Of a stretch of 64,000 nucleotides of DNA, positions 23,601 to 33,200 are shown one piece after another; within the stretch, counting starts at the first letter, position 1; every line of letters begins with the position of its first letter. The notes below the pieces were generated by a model, which worked only from the letters and a program-made list of their open reading frames with translations, was not told the origin of the DNA and did not search any database. Source of the DNA: a virus; the IMG/VR virus record IMGVR_UViG_3300021963_000084, positions 1 through 64,000 of that record; one strand, given 5' to 3'. Both the position numbers and the translations under genes were made by a program.

Positions 23601-26600
23601 ATAAAATTGCTGGTGTAACAGTAAGTTCCGTTACATATAGTGTTGCATCAGGATTTACTGCATCTGGCATCACTGTAATTAGTGGTTTGACGCAATTCTC
23701 ATATCCAACTGTTATTACTTGTCCTGGCGTTACAATTCCATATGAAGCATATGTAACCACCACAGAACCTCATAGATTATCGATTAATGAGCAAATTGTT
23801 GTCAATATGACAGCAAGAAATATTCCTTTGACTATGACTTATAAAGTCAGAGTTTCTGATTATCAAACAATTACCTATAATGATCCTTTAGTTGGATCTA
23901 CATTAGCAACTGATGTTACATTTACTACTACTGTAATTAGTGTAAATAATATCACCTCATTCCGTTTGAATGATTATATTAGAATTAATAATGAAATAAT
24001 GAGAATTACTGCAATTACTGGAACTTTATCTGGTAATCTTACAGTAACAAGAGCGCAGTTAGGTACTACTCTTGCTTTACATAATGCAACTCAAACAATC
24101 ACTCGTCACGTTCCAGTTGATGAATTTCCATATCAACTTACAGTTGGGCAAACAATAACGGATGGTTCGGCAACTGGAACAATTTATGCATTAAATAAAC
24201 AGAATAGGACTATAGAAATAAAAGTATCAAGCGGTACTTTTACAAATCTTAGTGTAATATCTGATACCAATTCACCAGTAAGAAGAATTGCAATAAACAC
24301 TGTAACACAAAAAAACAGTTATTGGGAAGTTGATGTCACCAACACTGGAAATCATTATGTGAGAAATCTTGATTTTGAAATGATTAAAGGAACAAGATAT
24401 GTTTTTGATGTAAGTCATCCAAGTAACTCTGGATATTCTTTAGTTTTCAGTGAAGATTTTGGAAATATTAATCAAATTAATTTTGCTACAATATCAGGAG
24501 TTCCTGGAACTACAGGAGCATCTATTATTTTCGATGAAAATATTTTTTCTGATTTAGATGTACCACGACTTTATTATTATGAATTGAGAAATAGAGTAGT
24601 CAATGGTAGAAACAAATTTAATATAAAAAATAATTATGTTTCTGGTACTAAAAATATAACTTTGATTGATAATTATACATTTAAATATTCTATTGATGGT
24701 CAACCAGAAGAAAGAACATTTAATAATATTAATTATGAAACCACTTCAGAATCTGCAATAGGTAAAATTATTTCTATTGAGAATATTGATGGTGGGTTTG
24801 GATATAAAAAATTACCTTCAGTGATAGGTATAACACATAAAGAAGTGGATGCTGCAAGATTATCGTTTACTTTATCATCTGGAGGTGGATTTAATACTGT
24901 ATCTGTTTTAAACGGAGGAGAAAGATATTCTAATGATGTTGAACTTCGCATCATCACTTCAACTGGTTCTGGAGCAACATTATCACCAGTATTAGTAAAT
25001 GGTAGAATCCAAAATGTGACTATAGTAAAATCTGGAAAAGGATATCGTGCTTCTGATAGAATTGTAGCAATTGATAAATCTGTTATTATCTTTCCAGAGA
25101 GTAATAGCATTGGAAAAATTAAAACTCTTAGATTTAATAATTATGGAAATAGATTTAGTCTTGATAGAACTCTTTCAAAAGAACTTAAATTTGCAGCAAA
25201 AATAACTGTAACAAATTTAACCATACCATACAGAATCGGTGAAATTTTAAATCATCCAAATAATGTTTCATTTGAAGTAAAGGAAATTAATAAAGTTGGA
25301 AATAAATCCTACTTACTTAAATTAAACTTACTAAGTGGTGATTTAAGTTCTGTAAAAATTAATACGTTATTGACAGGAACCGTTAATTTATCCACATCTA
25401 TCATAAAGAATATTAAGTATCCTGTAGTGTATGGAAACGTTTCTGGATATATTTCAAGATTTGGATATTTTGATGACGATCTTGGAAAAATTAGTGCTTC
25501 ATCTCAAAAAATTACAGATAGTTATTATTATCAAGATTATTCTTATGTTGTAAGAACTACAAAATCTCTTAGAAGTTATAGAAAACAATTAAATAAAAGT
25601 ACTCATCCATTAGGATTCAAACTTTTTGGCGAAGTATCTCTAAGAGATGAAATTGCGTTTACTGCATCAGGTCATACTGGTAGTGTATTTTTACCAAGTA
25701 ATCCTACTCAAAATCAAGTAATTATTACAGTAAGTGGAATTAATGTAGAGTCTTTTATTTCTCAAACCAGAAGAAGTGTCAATATTATAAATCAGTCTAT
25801 TTTACCTAAAATTCCTGGAACTGGTTCTGCTTTAGTTAATGTATCAAATAATGATGTTGATGTGAGAAGAATTAGTGATTTATCATCTCAATTCAATGGT
25901 TCAGAAAAAACTTTTAATTTAAGTACAATTGATGGAGCTCCTACATCTGGAATGGAAGAATATTCCAGCTTAGTTGTTTTAAATCAAATTATTCAAGAAC
26001 CAGTAGAAACTAAAAATATTAGTTCTATTTCATACTATGGTGGAAATGCAACCATTACAACAACGGAACCACACGGTTATTCTTATACTTTATCTGGACA
26101 AACTTATCCAACAAGTAGATATGTAAGTATTACTGGAGTGACTGTAACTGGTGTTCCATATATTTTCAACGATAGGTTTGAAATTTATGATGTACCATCA
26201 TCAAATACATTCACAGTTCTTTTTGAAAATGAAGTTGGAATTACTACTAATAATGATCCAAGGACTTGTGCAGATGTCAGATCTACAGTAGATAATTTAG
26301 TTGGAATCATAACTAATGCGTTATCTATAGCGAACATCGGGTCAGGAGTAACATTACCATCACAAAACAATGGCATTTGGGCAGTTACTTCAGGAAATTC
26401 TGATATTATTGCCGCAAATAGACATAGAGATGGTGCTAATTTAATTACCGCAAATCGTACAGAAATTCTGAATAGTGCGTATAATGTCATATCAGGTTTT
26501 ACTGGAAATCCAGACCCAGTAAAATGTATTCGTGATATTGGGTATATTGTTGATGCGGTAGTGCTCGATTTGTATACTGGCGGCAATAGCAATATATTGA

Positions 26601-28588
26601 ATGCAACAAGAGCTTACTTTACTCCATCTGGAACTACACTTATTTCTAATGGTGTCGAGGGAGAAGTTCCTCAAACAATAACTGCTTTTAATGCAGCAAG
26701 AGATTTGATGAAGCTTGCTTTGACAAATCAACTTTCAGTTAAAGACTTGACAATCATACCTGACTTTATTCCAGCGTCAGGAGTAGTTTCAAATTCAGAT
26801 CTTCTTAATGCAAAGTTAAGAAAAGGTTCTTTTGATTTTAATAATGGACAAATTATGTTTGAAGAACCACCTGGAGAAGGTTCTACTTTCTACTCTGCAT
26901 CTTATAAATTCGTAAGTCCTGCAGATCAAACAAGATATGTTTATAAAGTAAAAACCATTTTATTTGATGGTATCACAAATTCATTTGAACTTTATAAAGA
27001 AAATGGTACTGCACTGACTACTGAAGCAGATGAAAATCTTTTAGTATTCATCGACGGAGTTCTTCAGTTCTATGGAGAAACTTATACTATCGATAGAACA
27101 GTATCTCCAAATAGAATTAATTTTACATTTACTCCAGATAAAGAAAGAAGATTCTTTGCTTATTCTTTTGGTAAGTATAAGTATCTTGATAGCATCAATA
27201 ATTTGATTGATGGTTCGCAAACGGTCTTTAATTTACAATTTAACAGTGATAATTATAAAATTGGTGTTCCTGATAGATTATTAGTTCTTTTAGATGGAGT
27301 TCCTCAACTTTATGGTGATTCTTATACTATTAATGAAAGTGTTATATTCTTTAACGAACCTCCTCAGGCAAATAAAAATTGTAAGATGCTTTTCTTCTAT
27401 GGAAAGTCATTTGATAAAACTTTATCAATTTATGATGGGAAAGTTTTTGACCCAATTTACACAATTGGTGATGTAACTCCTGATGGTTGTCAAGTTTGGA
27501 CTAAGAATCAAACTTCATATTCTTATATTGAACCAGGAGACAGAATTGCTATCGAAGGTGAAACACCAAAAGAATTAATTGAAATTAGATCTCAATTTGT
27601 CAAGTATTCTGATATGCTTCAGTATATTTGTCTTATTTTTGATGATAATTCTTATGTAAGAGGTAAAAATGCTGTTGCTTCGGCAGTTGTTTCTGGAACT
27701 ACAAGCGGTGTTACATCAGTAACTCTTTTAAATGGTGGCTTTGACTACGATACTGCTCCAGTTATTGTCTTCAAAAATTCTTGTGATAACCCAGGAAAAG
27801 GAGCAAAAGCTGAACCTGTAATGAGAAATGGTTCAGTAGTAGGTATTAACGTTCTCAGTTCTGGATCTGGATATACTTCTGCACCTGAAGTAATCTTTGC
27901 TAAGAAGTATGAAATTATCAGACAAAAATATCCAGTTTACACTAGAGATAATATTGAAGTATCTTATACTCCTCCTGCATATCAAACAGGAAACTTCCTA
28001 TCTGCAAATAGCACTATTTCTAGTACCACTAGTGGGAATGTAGCAGAAAAAGATATTACAGTTCCTACAATTAGTGTATTAATGAATACTATTAGTACAC
28101 CAGTGGTAGTAATGCAAAATCCTGAAACTGATAATATTGGAAATTCACTTGGAATTTTTGAACATAATGCTTTTGGTTATGAACCACTTAATCTTGATGG
28201 TAATAATCCTCCTTTCTTGGGAAGCAATACGAATTTAGAAACATTCATTAGATTGTATCCTAATTTGACTATTGGTGATTTTGTTAATAGAAGTAATCAA
28301 ACTACTGGTGTAAATGAATTTAATGAATTTAATCTTGGTTTGGAGACATATATTACTGTAGGAGCATCGTTAGCAAGTGGAATTACTAATACTGATACTA
28401 CAATTGTTGTTTCTGGAAATACAAATTATTTCCCAACAGTATCTGGTTATGTACTATTTGGTAATGAAATTGCTCAATACACAACTATTTCTGGTCAAAC
28501 ATTGTTGAATGTCTCTCGTGGTCTTAATACTACAACAGCATCTGGTCACAGTGCTGGTGAATATTTCAACATTGCTTGGCGAGGGTAA
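20669..28588 (+). CDS. gp7: baseplate wedge initiator gp7 (expanded; YHYH-like and helical inserts)
   Basis: Lies between gp6 and gp8; QLPSFI.EEFP.F..F..YY start, IKDFY..KGT..SI.FLF, DSYYYQDYSYV...HPLGFKLFG. Confidence 0.85.
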   Translation: MSSDKLNISTFIEEQLPSFIKEEFPRFSNFFTSYYKSLEISGGVLDIANNILDYVNFDSLTKENLISETNLTSAVTSSGTTISVNSVKGFPEKEGIILVDREIIFYKEVNKTTNQFLNCARGYSATTALSDLGTTVTNSVAASHTNGSIVKNLSNLILFAFIKNYQNQYLDGFPYTQLDSDIDQVTLLENIKDFYSYKGTTTSIQFLFQSIFAEEVEVFFPRETLLKASTSNWSVDDIIKVEAILGNPGDLVGYQIFQTDIAGTASVSTVLEPILVNSISNAGTIFELNLNILERQNFIVPSTTILRKQLSPSDDTILVDSTIGFPEQQGILQINDEYITYRYKSFNQFFDCVRGAFDSVPANHALNSNINTTEYLYGYKDGIVNDSNLIKMRLIGVLSSATIEDGSSFYESNEDIDLTPNGVVDLRKQFTEWIFNENGRTASSANIAINNAVKNISSDVAAVYKTDDYAYVSSTGLPTHGIGPFRGVSGNPGNQLLLRNIPLQTERLTQAQPVGQKATGIFVNGVESYSCIDLTSEIFGSIESVSIIDGGRGFLTDVNPVFRLSGGGGSGATFSGVTANGQVTSVVVVSGGTGYTSDPTIEIAYGFDATATILNESDIVGGSIRTITITNPGSNYVVPPDVIIRDITGRGRGAFATATISGGTVTGITILNGGVDYNDRNNVVVSLISKGTGVVATANVKRWRYNRVFKLLNDRISSTSPWQSVTSSKVDFSNGYLYEGLDIQRGLEYAYALNPKLLRYELNDNVEGVSLGYQEVTSGFAHSPIIGWAYDGSPIYGPYGYTNPLNSSSGISRMTSSYSLISSIPIGRPNVTNYPLGSFTSDYEFLNGSGSLDQHNGRFCVTPEYPEGVYAYFITVDQFGNGVYPYIIGPTYKYVPSISNFDVSITQLERNLPLQAKRIRTPLMPTTGAEARLFVNAVDRGSIESYEVYDTDPNFKVNDYLYVDSTDTEGSGIIAKVNKIAGVTVSSVTYSVASGFTASGITVISGLTQFSYPTVITCPGVTIPYEAYVTTTEPHRLSINEQIVVNMTARNIPLTMTYKVRVSDYQTITYNDPLVGSTLATDVTFTTTVISVNNITSFRLNDYIRINNEIMRITAITGTLSGNLTVTRAQLGTTLALHNATQTITRHVPVDEFPYQLTVGQTITDGSATGTIYALNKQNRTIEIKVSSGTFTNLSVISDTNSPVRRIAINTVTQKNSYWEVDVTNTGNHYVRNLDFEMIKGTRYVFDVSHPSNSGYSLVFSEDFGNINQINFATISGVPGTTGASIIFDENIFSDLDVPRLYYYELRNRVVNGRNKFNIKNNYVSGTKNITLIDNYTFKYSIDGQPEERTFNNINYETTSESAIGKIISIENIDGGFGYKKLPSVIGITHKEVDAARLSFTLSSGGGFNTVSVLNGGERYSNDVELRIITSTGSGATLSPVLVNGRIQNVTIVKSGKGYRASDRIVAIDKSVIIFPESNSIGKIKTLRFNNYGNRFSLDRTLSKELKFAAKITVTNLTIPYRIGEILNHPNNVSFEVKEINKVGNKSYLLKLNLLSGDLSSVKINTLLTGTVNLSTSIIKNIKYPVVYGNVSGYISRFGYFDDDLGKISASSQKITDSYYYQDYSYVVRTTKSLRSYRKQLNKSTHPLGFKLFGEVSLRDEIAFTASGHTGSVFLPSNPTQNQVIITVSGINVESFISQTRRSVNIINQSILPKIPGTGSALVNVSNNDVDVRRISDLSSQFNGSEKTFNLSTIDGAPTSGMEEYSSLVVLNQIIQEPVETKNISSISYYGGNATITTTEPHGYSYTLSGQTYPTSRYVSITGVTVTGVPYIFNDRFEIYDVPSSNTFTVLFENEVGITTNNDPRTCADVRSTVDNLVGIITNALSIANIGSGVTLPSQNNGIWAVTSGNSDIIAANRHRDGANLITANRTEILNSAYNVISGFTGNPDPVKCIRDIGYIVDAVVLDLYTGGNSNILNATRAYFTPSGTTLISNGVEGEVPQTITAFNAARDLMKLALTNQLSVKDLTIIPDFIPASGVVSNSDLLNAKLRKGSFDFNNGQIMFEEPPGEGSTFYSASYKFVSPADQTRYVYKVKTILFDGITNSFELYKENGTALTTEADENLLVFIDGVLQFYGETYTIDRTVSPNRINFTFTPDKERRFFAYSFGKYKYLDSINNLIDGSQTVFNLQFNSDNYKIGVPDRLLVLLDGVPQLYGDSYTINESVIFFNEPPQANKNCKMLFFYGKSFDKTLSIYDGKVFDPIYTIGDVTPDGCQVWTKNQTSYSYIEPGDRIAIEGETPKELIEIRSQFVKYSDMLQYICLIFDDNSYVRGKNAVASAVVSGTTSGVTSVTLLNGGFDYDTAPVIVFKNSCDNPGKGAKAEPVMRNGSVVGINVLSSGSGYTSAPEVIFAKKYEIIRQKYPVYTRDNIEVSYTPPAYQTGNFLSANSTISSTTSGNVAEKDITVPTISVLMNTISTPVVVMQNPETDNIGNSLGIFEHNAFGYEPLNLDGNNPPFLGSNTNLETFIRLYPNLTIGDFVNRSNQTTGVNEFNEFNLGLETYITVGASLASGITNTDTTIVVSGNTNYFPTVSGYVLFGNEIAQYTTISGQTLLNVSRGLNTTTASGHSAGEYFNIAWRG

Positions 28589-28592
28589 TAAA

Positions 28593-28600
28593 TATAAATA
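28593..28600 (+). promoter_or_regulatory. T4-type late promoter
   Basis: TATAAATA upstream of gp8. Confidence 0.8.
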
Positions 28601-28629
28601 ACTCAAAGGAAAATTAAGTCTTTAATAAC

Positions 28630-30195
28630 ATGCCAGCTCTTATTTCTGAACAGTTCAGAATTCATAACGCAAAACAATTTGAAGAAGCATTTAGTGAAGC
28701 ATCTCCCACTAATATGTACTTTTTTATTGGTCGTCCACAGGCTTGGGATATTGCTACGGTTTCTGGTATTACCAGTTATGTTGGTCAATCTTCTGGTAGT
28801 CAGCATAGCACTTCTTATCTTGCGACTCCAGATGAAAATAATCCACCAACTCCAATTGATAATTTTAATTATGAGAAGGAAATTTTCGATGATATGATTT
28901 CATTGAAAAAAGTTGACTCTGCTAATGTCAGACTGGTAATTCCTCGTTATGACTGGACTTCTGGACAAACATATTCAATGTATCGTCCTAATTATAGTGC
29001 TGACTATAGAGCAAATAGTGCTGGTGAAAACGCAACTAATTTATATTCATCGAAGTTCTATGTAGTTCATAATTACAAAGTTTATAAGTGCATCTATAAT
29101 GGTTCAAGTCCATCTAATATTAATGGTGTAGCATCAACGGTAGCACCAACTGGAACTGGCACTGGGATTATCGGACCTCTTGCCGATGGTTATATGTGGA
29201 AATTTATGTATAGTATCGGTACAGATGACGTTCTGAAGTTCTATACCAGTACTTATATCCCAACACCAGCAGCGTGGGGAATTGGTTCCTCTGGAGACCC
29301 TACAAATGGCGTAGATGTAAAAGCAGCGGCGGTTGATGGTTCAATCAATGCTGTTGTAATTAAGAATGGTGGTAGTGGTTATACTGATAACACTTATACC
29401 AATGTTCCCATTAGAGGAGATCATAATGTTAACGGTGGTATTCAGGCAACTTGTACTTTAGTGGTTTCTGGCGGAACTATTACATCTGTTACTATTACAA
29501 ATGCTGGTTCTGGATATACTTTTGGTAAAATTAATGTTAATGTAACTGAAATTCCTGGTATTGGAGCTGGTGGTTCTGGAGCTAATTTGGAAGTTATCAT
29601 TTCTCCAAATGGTGGGCACGGATTTGATGTTTACAAAGAACTCGGCGCAAAACGAGTAATGGTTAATGTTCGTCTTGAGTATAGTGAAGCAAATGAATTT
29701 CCAATTGATACTGAATTTAGGAGAATTGGTATTCTCAAAGATCCTCGTGAATCTTCAGGAATTGTAGCTGCTGGATCCACTTATAATGCTCTTACTTCAA
29801 TCAAATTTCCTTCGGCAAGCACTTCATCTTTCTTAGTTGATGAAATTGTCACTCAAACGACAACAAATGCAACTGGAAAGGTTGTTTCTTGGGATAGTTC
29901 TACTAAAATTTTGAAAGTTTATCAAAATGAATATGAGCACTCTGCAACTGGTGCTCAAGGTGGTTTCTTAAATAAATTTGATGGTGCTAACACAATTGTA
30001 GGAGCAACTTCAGGAACTTCATTAGCTCCAGACACTGCATATAATCTTTCTACACAAAATCTTCAGTTCACCAATGGTTATGCAAGACCTGAGATTAAGA
30101 AATATACTGGAGATATCATCTATACAGAAAACAGAAGAACTGTATCTCGTGCAGTAGATCAAATTGAAGATGTAAAACTGGTCGTAGAATTCTAA
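28630..30195 (+). CDS. gp8: baseplate wedge subunit gp8
   Basis: ISEQFRIHNA..F, YFFIGRPQAW, IPRYDW, VYKCIYN, DGYMWKFMY; ends EDVKLVVEF. Confidence 0.93.
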   Translation: MPALISEQFRIHNAKQFEEAFSEASPTNMYFFIGRPQAWDIATVSGITSYVGQSSGSQHSTSYLATPDENNPPTPIDNFNYEKEIFDDMISLKKVDSANVRLVIPRYDWTSGQTYSMYRPNYSADYRANSAGENATNLYSSKFYVVHNYKVYKCIYNGSSPSNINGVASTVAPTGTGTGIIGPLADGYMWKFMYSIGTDDVLKFYTSTYIPTPAAWGIGSSGDPTNGVDVKAAAVDGSINAVVIKNGGSGYTDNTYTNVPIRGDHNVNGGIQATCTLVVSGGTITSVTITNAGSGYTFGKINVNVTEIPGIGAGGSGANLEVIISPNGGHGFDVYKELGAKRVMVNVRLEYSEANEFPIDTEFRRIGILKDPRESSGIVAAGSTYNALTSIKFPSASTSSFLVDEIVTQTTTNATGKVVSWDSSTKILKVYQNEYEHSATGAQGGFLNKFDGANTIVGATSGTSLAPDTAYNLSTQNLQFTNGYARPEIKKYTGDIIYTENRRTVSRAVDQIEDVKLVVEF

Positions 30196-30234
30196 TATAT
30201 ACCTTAGTATAACTAAACTTTTTAGTTAAAAAAT

Positions 30235-33200
30235 ATGCCCCAGAATACTAATCTAAATAGGTCGCCATATTTTGACGATTTTGACCCAATAAAGAATTTT
30301 TATAGAGTACTTTTTAGACCAGGGTATTCTATTCAATCACGAGAGCTTACTAGTCTTCAATCGATTTTACAAAATCAAATTGAGCAATTAAGTAAATCGA
30401 GATTTAAACAGGGTTCTATCGTAGTTCCTGGGGAAATTATTTACGATGATCGATATGATTATGTCAAATTAAGTTCATTTACAAATAACTTATTAATTAC
30501 TGATTATATTGGCACAAGAGTCACTGGTAGTGTCTCTGGACTAGTTGCTACCATTGTAAACGCAACAGCAGCAACTGCTACAGATTCAGCTACATTTTTT
30601 GTAAAATATGAAAATAGTGGTTCTTCTACCACTGCAACCAGATTTACTGAGGGAGAAACTCTTACTGCTAATTCTGCTGGCAATCCAACTGCCATCGTAG
30701 GAATCACTGGCACTGCAAGACCTACTAGCACTCCTGCAGTTGGTTCTGGATCTGCAGTAACTGTTAATGAAGGCGTATATTTTATTAACGGTACTTTAGT
30801 AAGAACTGATAGGCAAACTGTAATTCTCGATAAGTATGGTAACACTCCTTCATATAAGGTTGGATTTGTTGTATCCGAAACACTTGTAACACCAGAAGAA
30901 GACTTTTCACTTTTGGATAATGCACAAGGATATTCAAACTTTACTGCTCCAGGAGCACACAGACTTAAAATTACTGTAACTCTTGCTAAGAGAGCATTAG
31001 ATTTCCCAGAACAAAGAGATTTTGTTCAACTTCTTCTAATTCAAGGTGGTGTTGTTAGACAAACTGTTGAGACAGGGGACAATTCATCTTTATTTGAAGA
31101 TGTTTTAGCAAGAAGAACTTATGACGAATCTGGAGACTATGTTGTAAGAGACTTCAATTTGGGTCTCAGAGAACATTTGAATTCTGGTTCAAATAATGGT
31201 GTATATCTTGCATCTGCAGGTGGTGATGCTGGTAAGTTCATCGCTGAATTGAGTCCTGGTAAAGCATACGTTAGAGGATATGAAATTGAAACTACTTCCA
31301 CTAGATATGTGGAAATCAATAAAGCTAGGGATACAGCTACAAATTCAGACGTTGCTTTATCTATTTTAGAAGGTCCTAATTTTACAGTCAGAAATCTTTA
31401 TGGATTTCCTGATATTGAAAATATTTCGGGAGGTGGTGGACTAGTAATTACTAGCACAAAGTCTTTTTCTGAAGTTAAACTATTTCAAAATTATTCTGAT
31501 GGTATGTTTGGTGATACTTCTTATGGAAGTGATACTACTTCACCAGAGTCAGAAGTTTGCTGGATAATTACTGTAACTGGTGCTGGACTATCTGCGATCA
31601 CAGCAGCTGCTGCTGGCGGAACTTGGGTAATTTCATCTGCCCCAGGTGGTTCGATTAATGGAATTATCAAGAATTATTCTGTAAATGCTGCAGGAACTTT
31701 TGCTACGTTATTCGTAACTAAAACAGGAACTGGAATTTTCAGAGCTGGAAATTCTATTGCTATCTCTACAACAGGTGGCAATGTTACTGCAACTCTATCA
31801 ACTTATGAAAAGATAAGCAGTGGTTTGGTAGGTATTTCAAAAACCAAGTATATCAAATTACTCAGTCCTGGAAGTACAACTTCCAATGTACTCGATAAAT
31901 TAAGCACTACATTTAAATTAGGATTATTTAAAACTAATTACACTACTAAAATTGTTTGCAAAAATAGTGTAAATTTCTTTACTGGTGGCACTACGTTAGC
32001 AGTAGGTCGTTATGTTTATGGACAATCTAGTGGCGCTTCTGGTATTTTAGAAACTTATTCCGATGAAGGACGTGAAATATTTTTATCTAATGTTTCTGGT
32101 ACTTTCAGACCTGGAGAAACAATCATCACTGAACCAATTGGTACTTCAACACCAGTTAATTTTATTGAACCAGAAGGAACTATTGAATATTTTAAACAAG
32201 TTAATGGGGGAACTGGATATACTACTGCGAGTGGAATTACAGTTACTATCAATGGCGTAGATAAAACTTCTATAATTGGAACATCTAATATTAATGTTTC
32301 TGGGGGAAAAGTAAATTCTATTGATTTAACTCCTAGTGTAAGAGAAGCATTAGGTTCTTCTTATACCACTCCACCTACAGTTGTAATTTCTGGAGGTGGT
32401 GGAACAGCAGCAGAATTTATTGCAATCACAAATTCTAATACAGTTGTAAACTTTGATTCTTCTTATGTAAGAAGTTTCTATGGATTTACTAGCAATAATT
32501 ATTTTTCAGGAGATATCTCTTCAGTTCAAAATGATTATGTAGTATCAAATGGAGCATTATTTAGTGCTTCAGATGGAGATCATTTTATTAGAGCTGATAA
32601 CTTAGGAGCAAGACCAGATTTAGATTTAATTAATGGTGATATTATTAGAGTAGTAAATAATACTGGTGCTTCTACGAAATATATTGTAAGACAGGCTGTA
32701 AGAGATAGTGGTTCAAATACTGCTAGAATTTATGTTTATGGTAAGGTTCTTTCTACATTTGGTGCAAAGACTGTCACCAGAATTAGAACAAAACTTAATG
32801 GTCTAACTTCTGATACAAATATTATACCATTCGCAAATAAAAATGTTAGTACTGCTGTTTTAAATCCAGGTTCAAATACTGAAATTAATTACACTATTCA
32901 AAAAGAGTTTGTTGATATTTTAGATGGTTCTGGAAGTAAAACATTTACTTTATCAACAGGTGAGTCATTCATTAATGACACATATGTTTTTACTCTTCTC
33001 ACATCCCATCCAACAATTGCTGTTATCTCTGCTGGATCATTAATTGACATTTCAAGTAATGTTACAAATTCTGGTTCATCATTGACGGTTAATTTAGGTT
33101 CTACTTATTCAGGACTTCAATTTAAATTAGTTGCCACAGTAAGAAAATCTGACACCACTCCTAAAACAAAAACGCTTTTTGTTGATGCTACGCAAAATAT

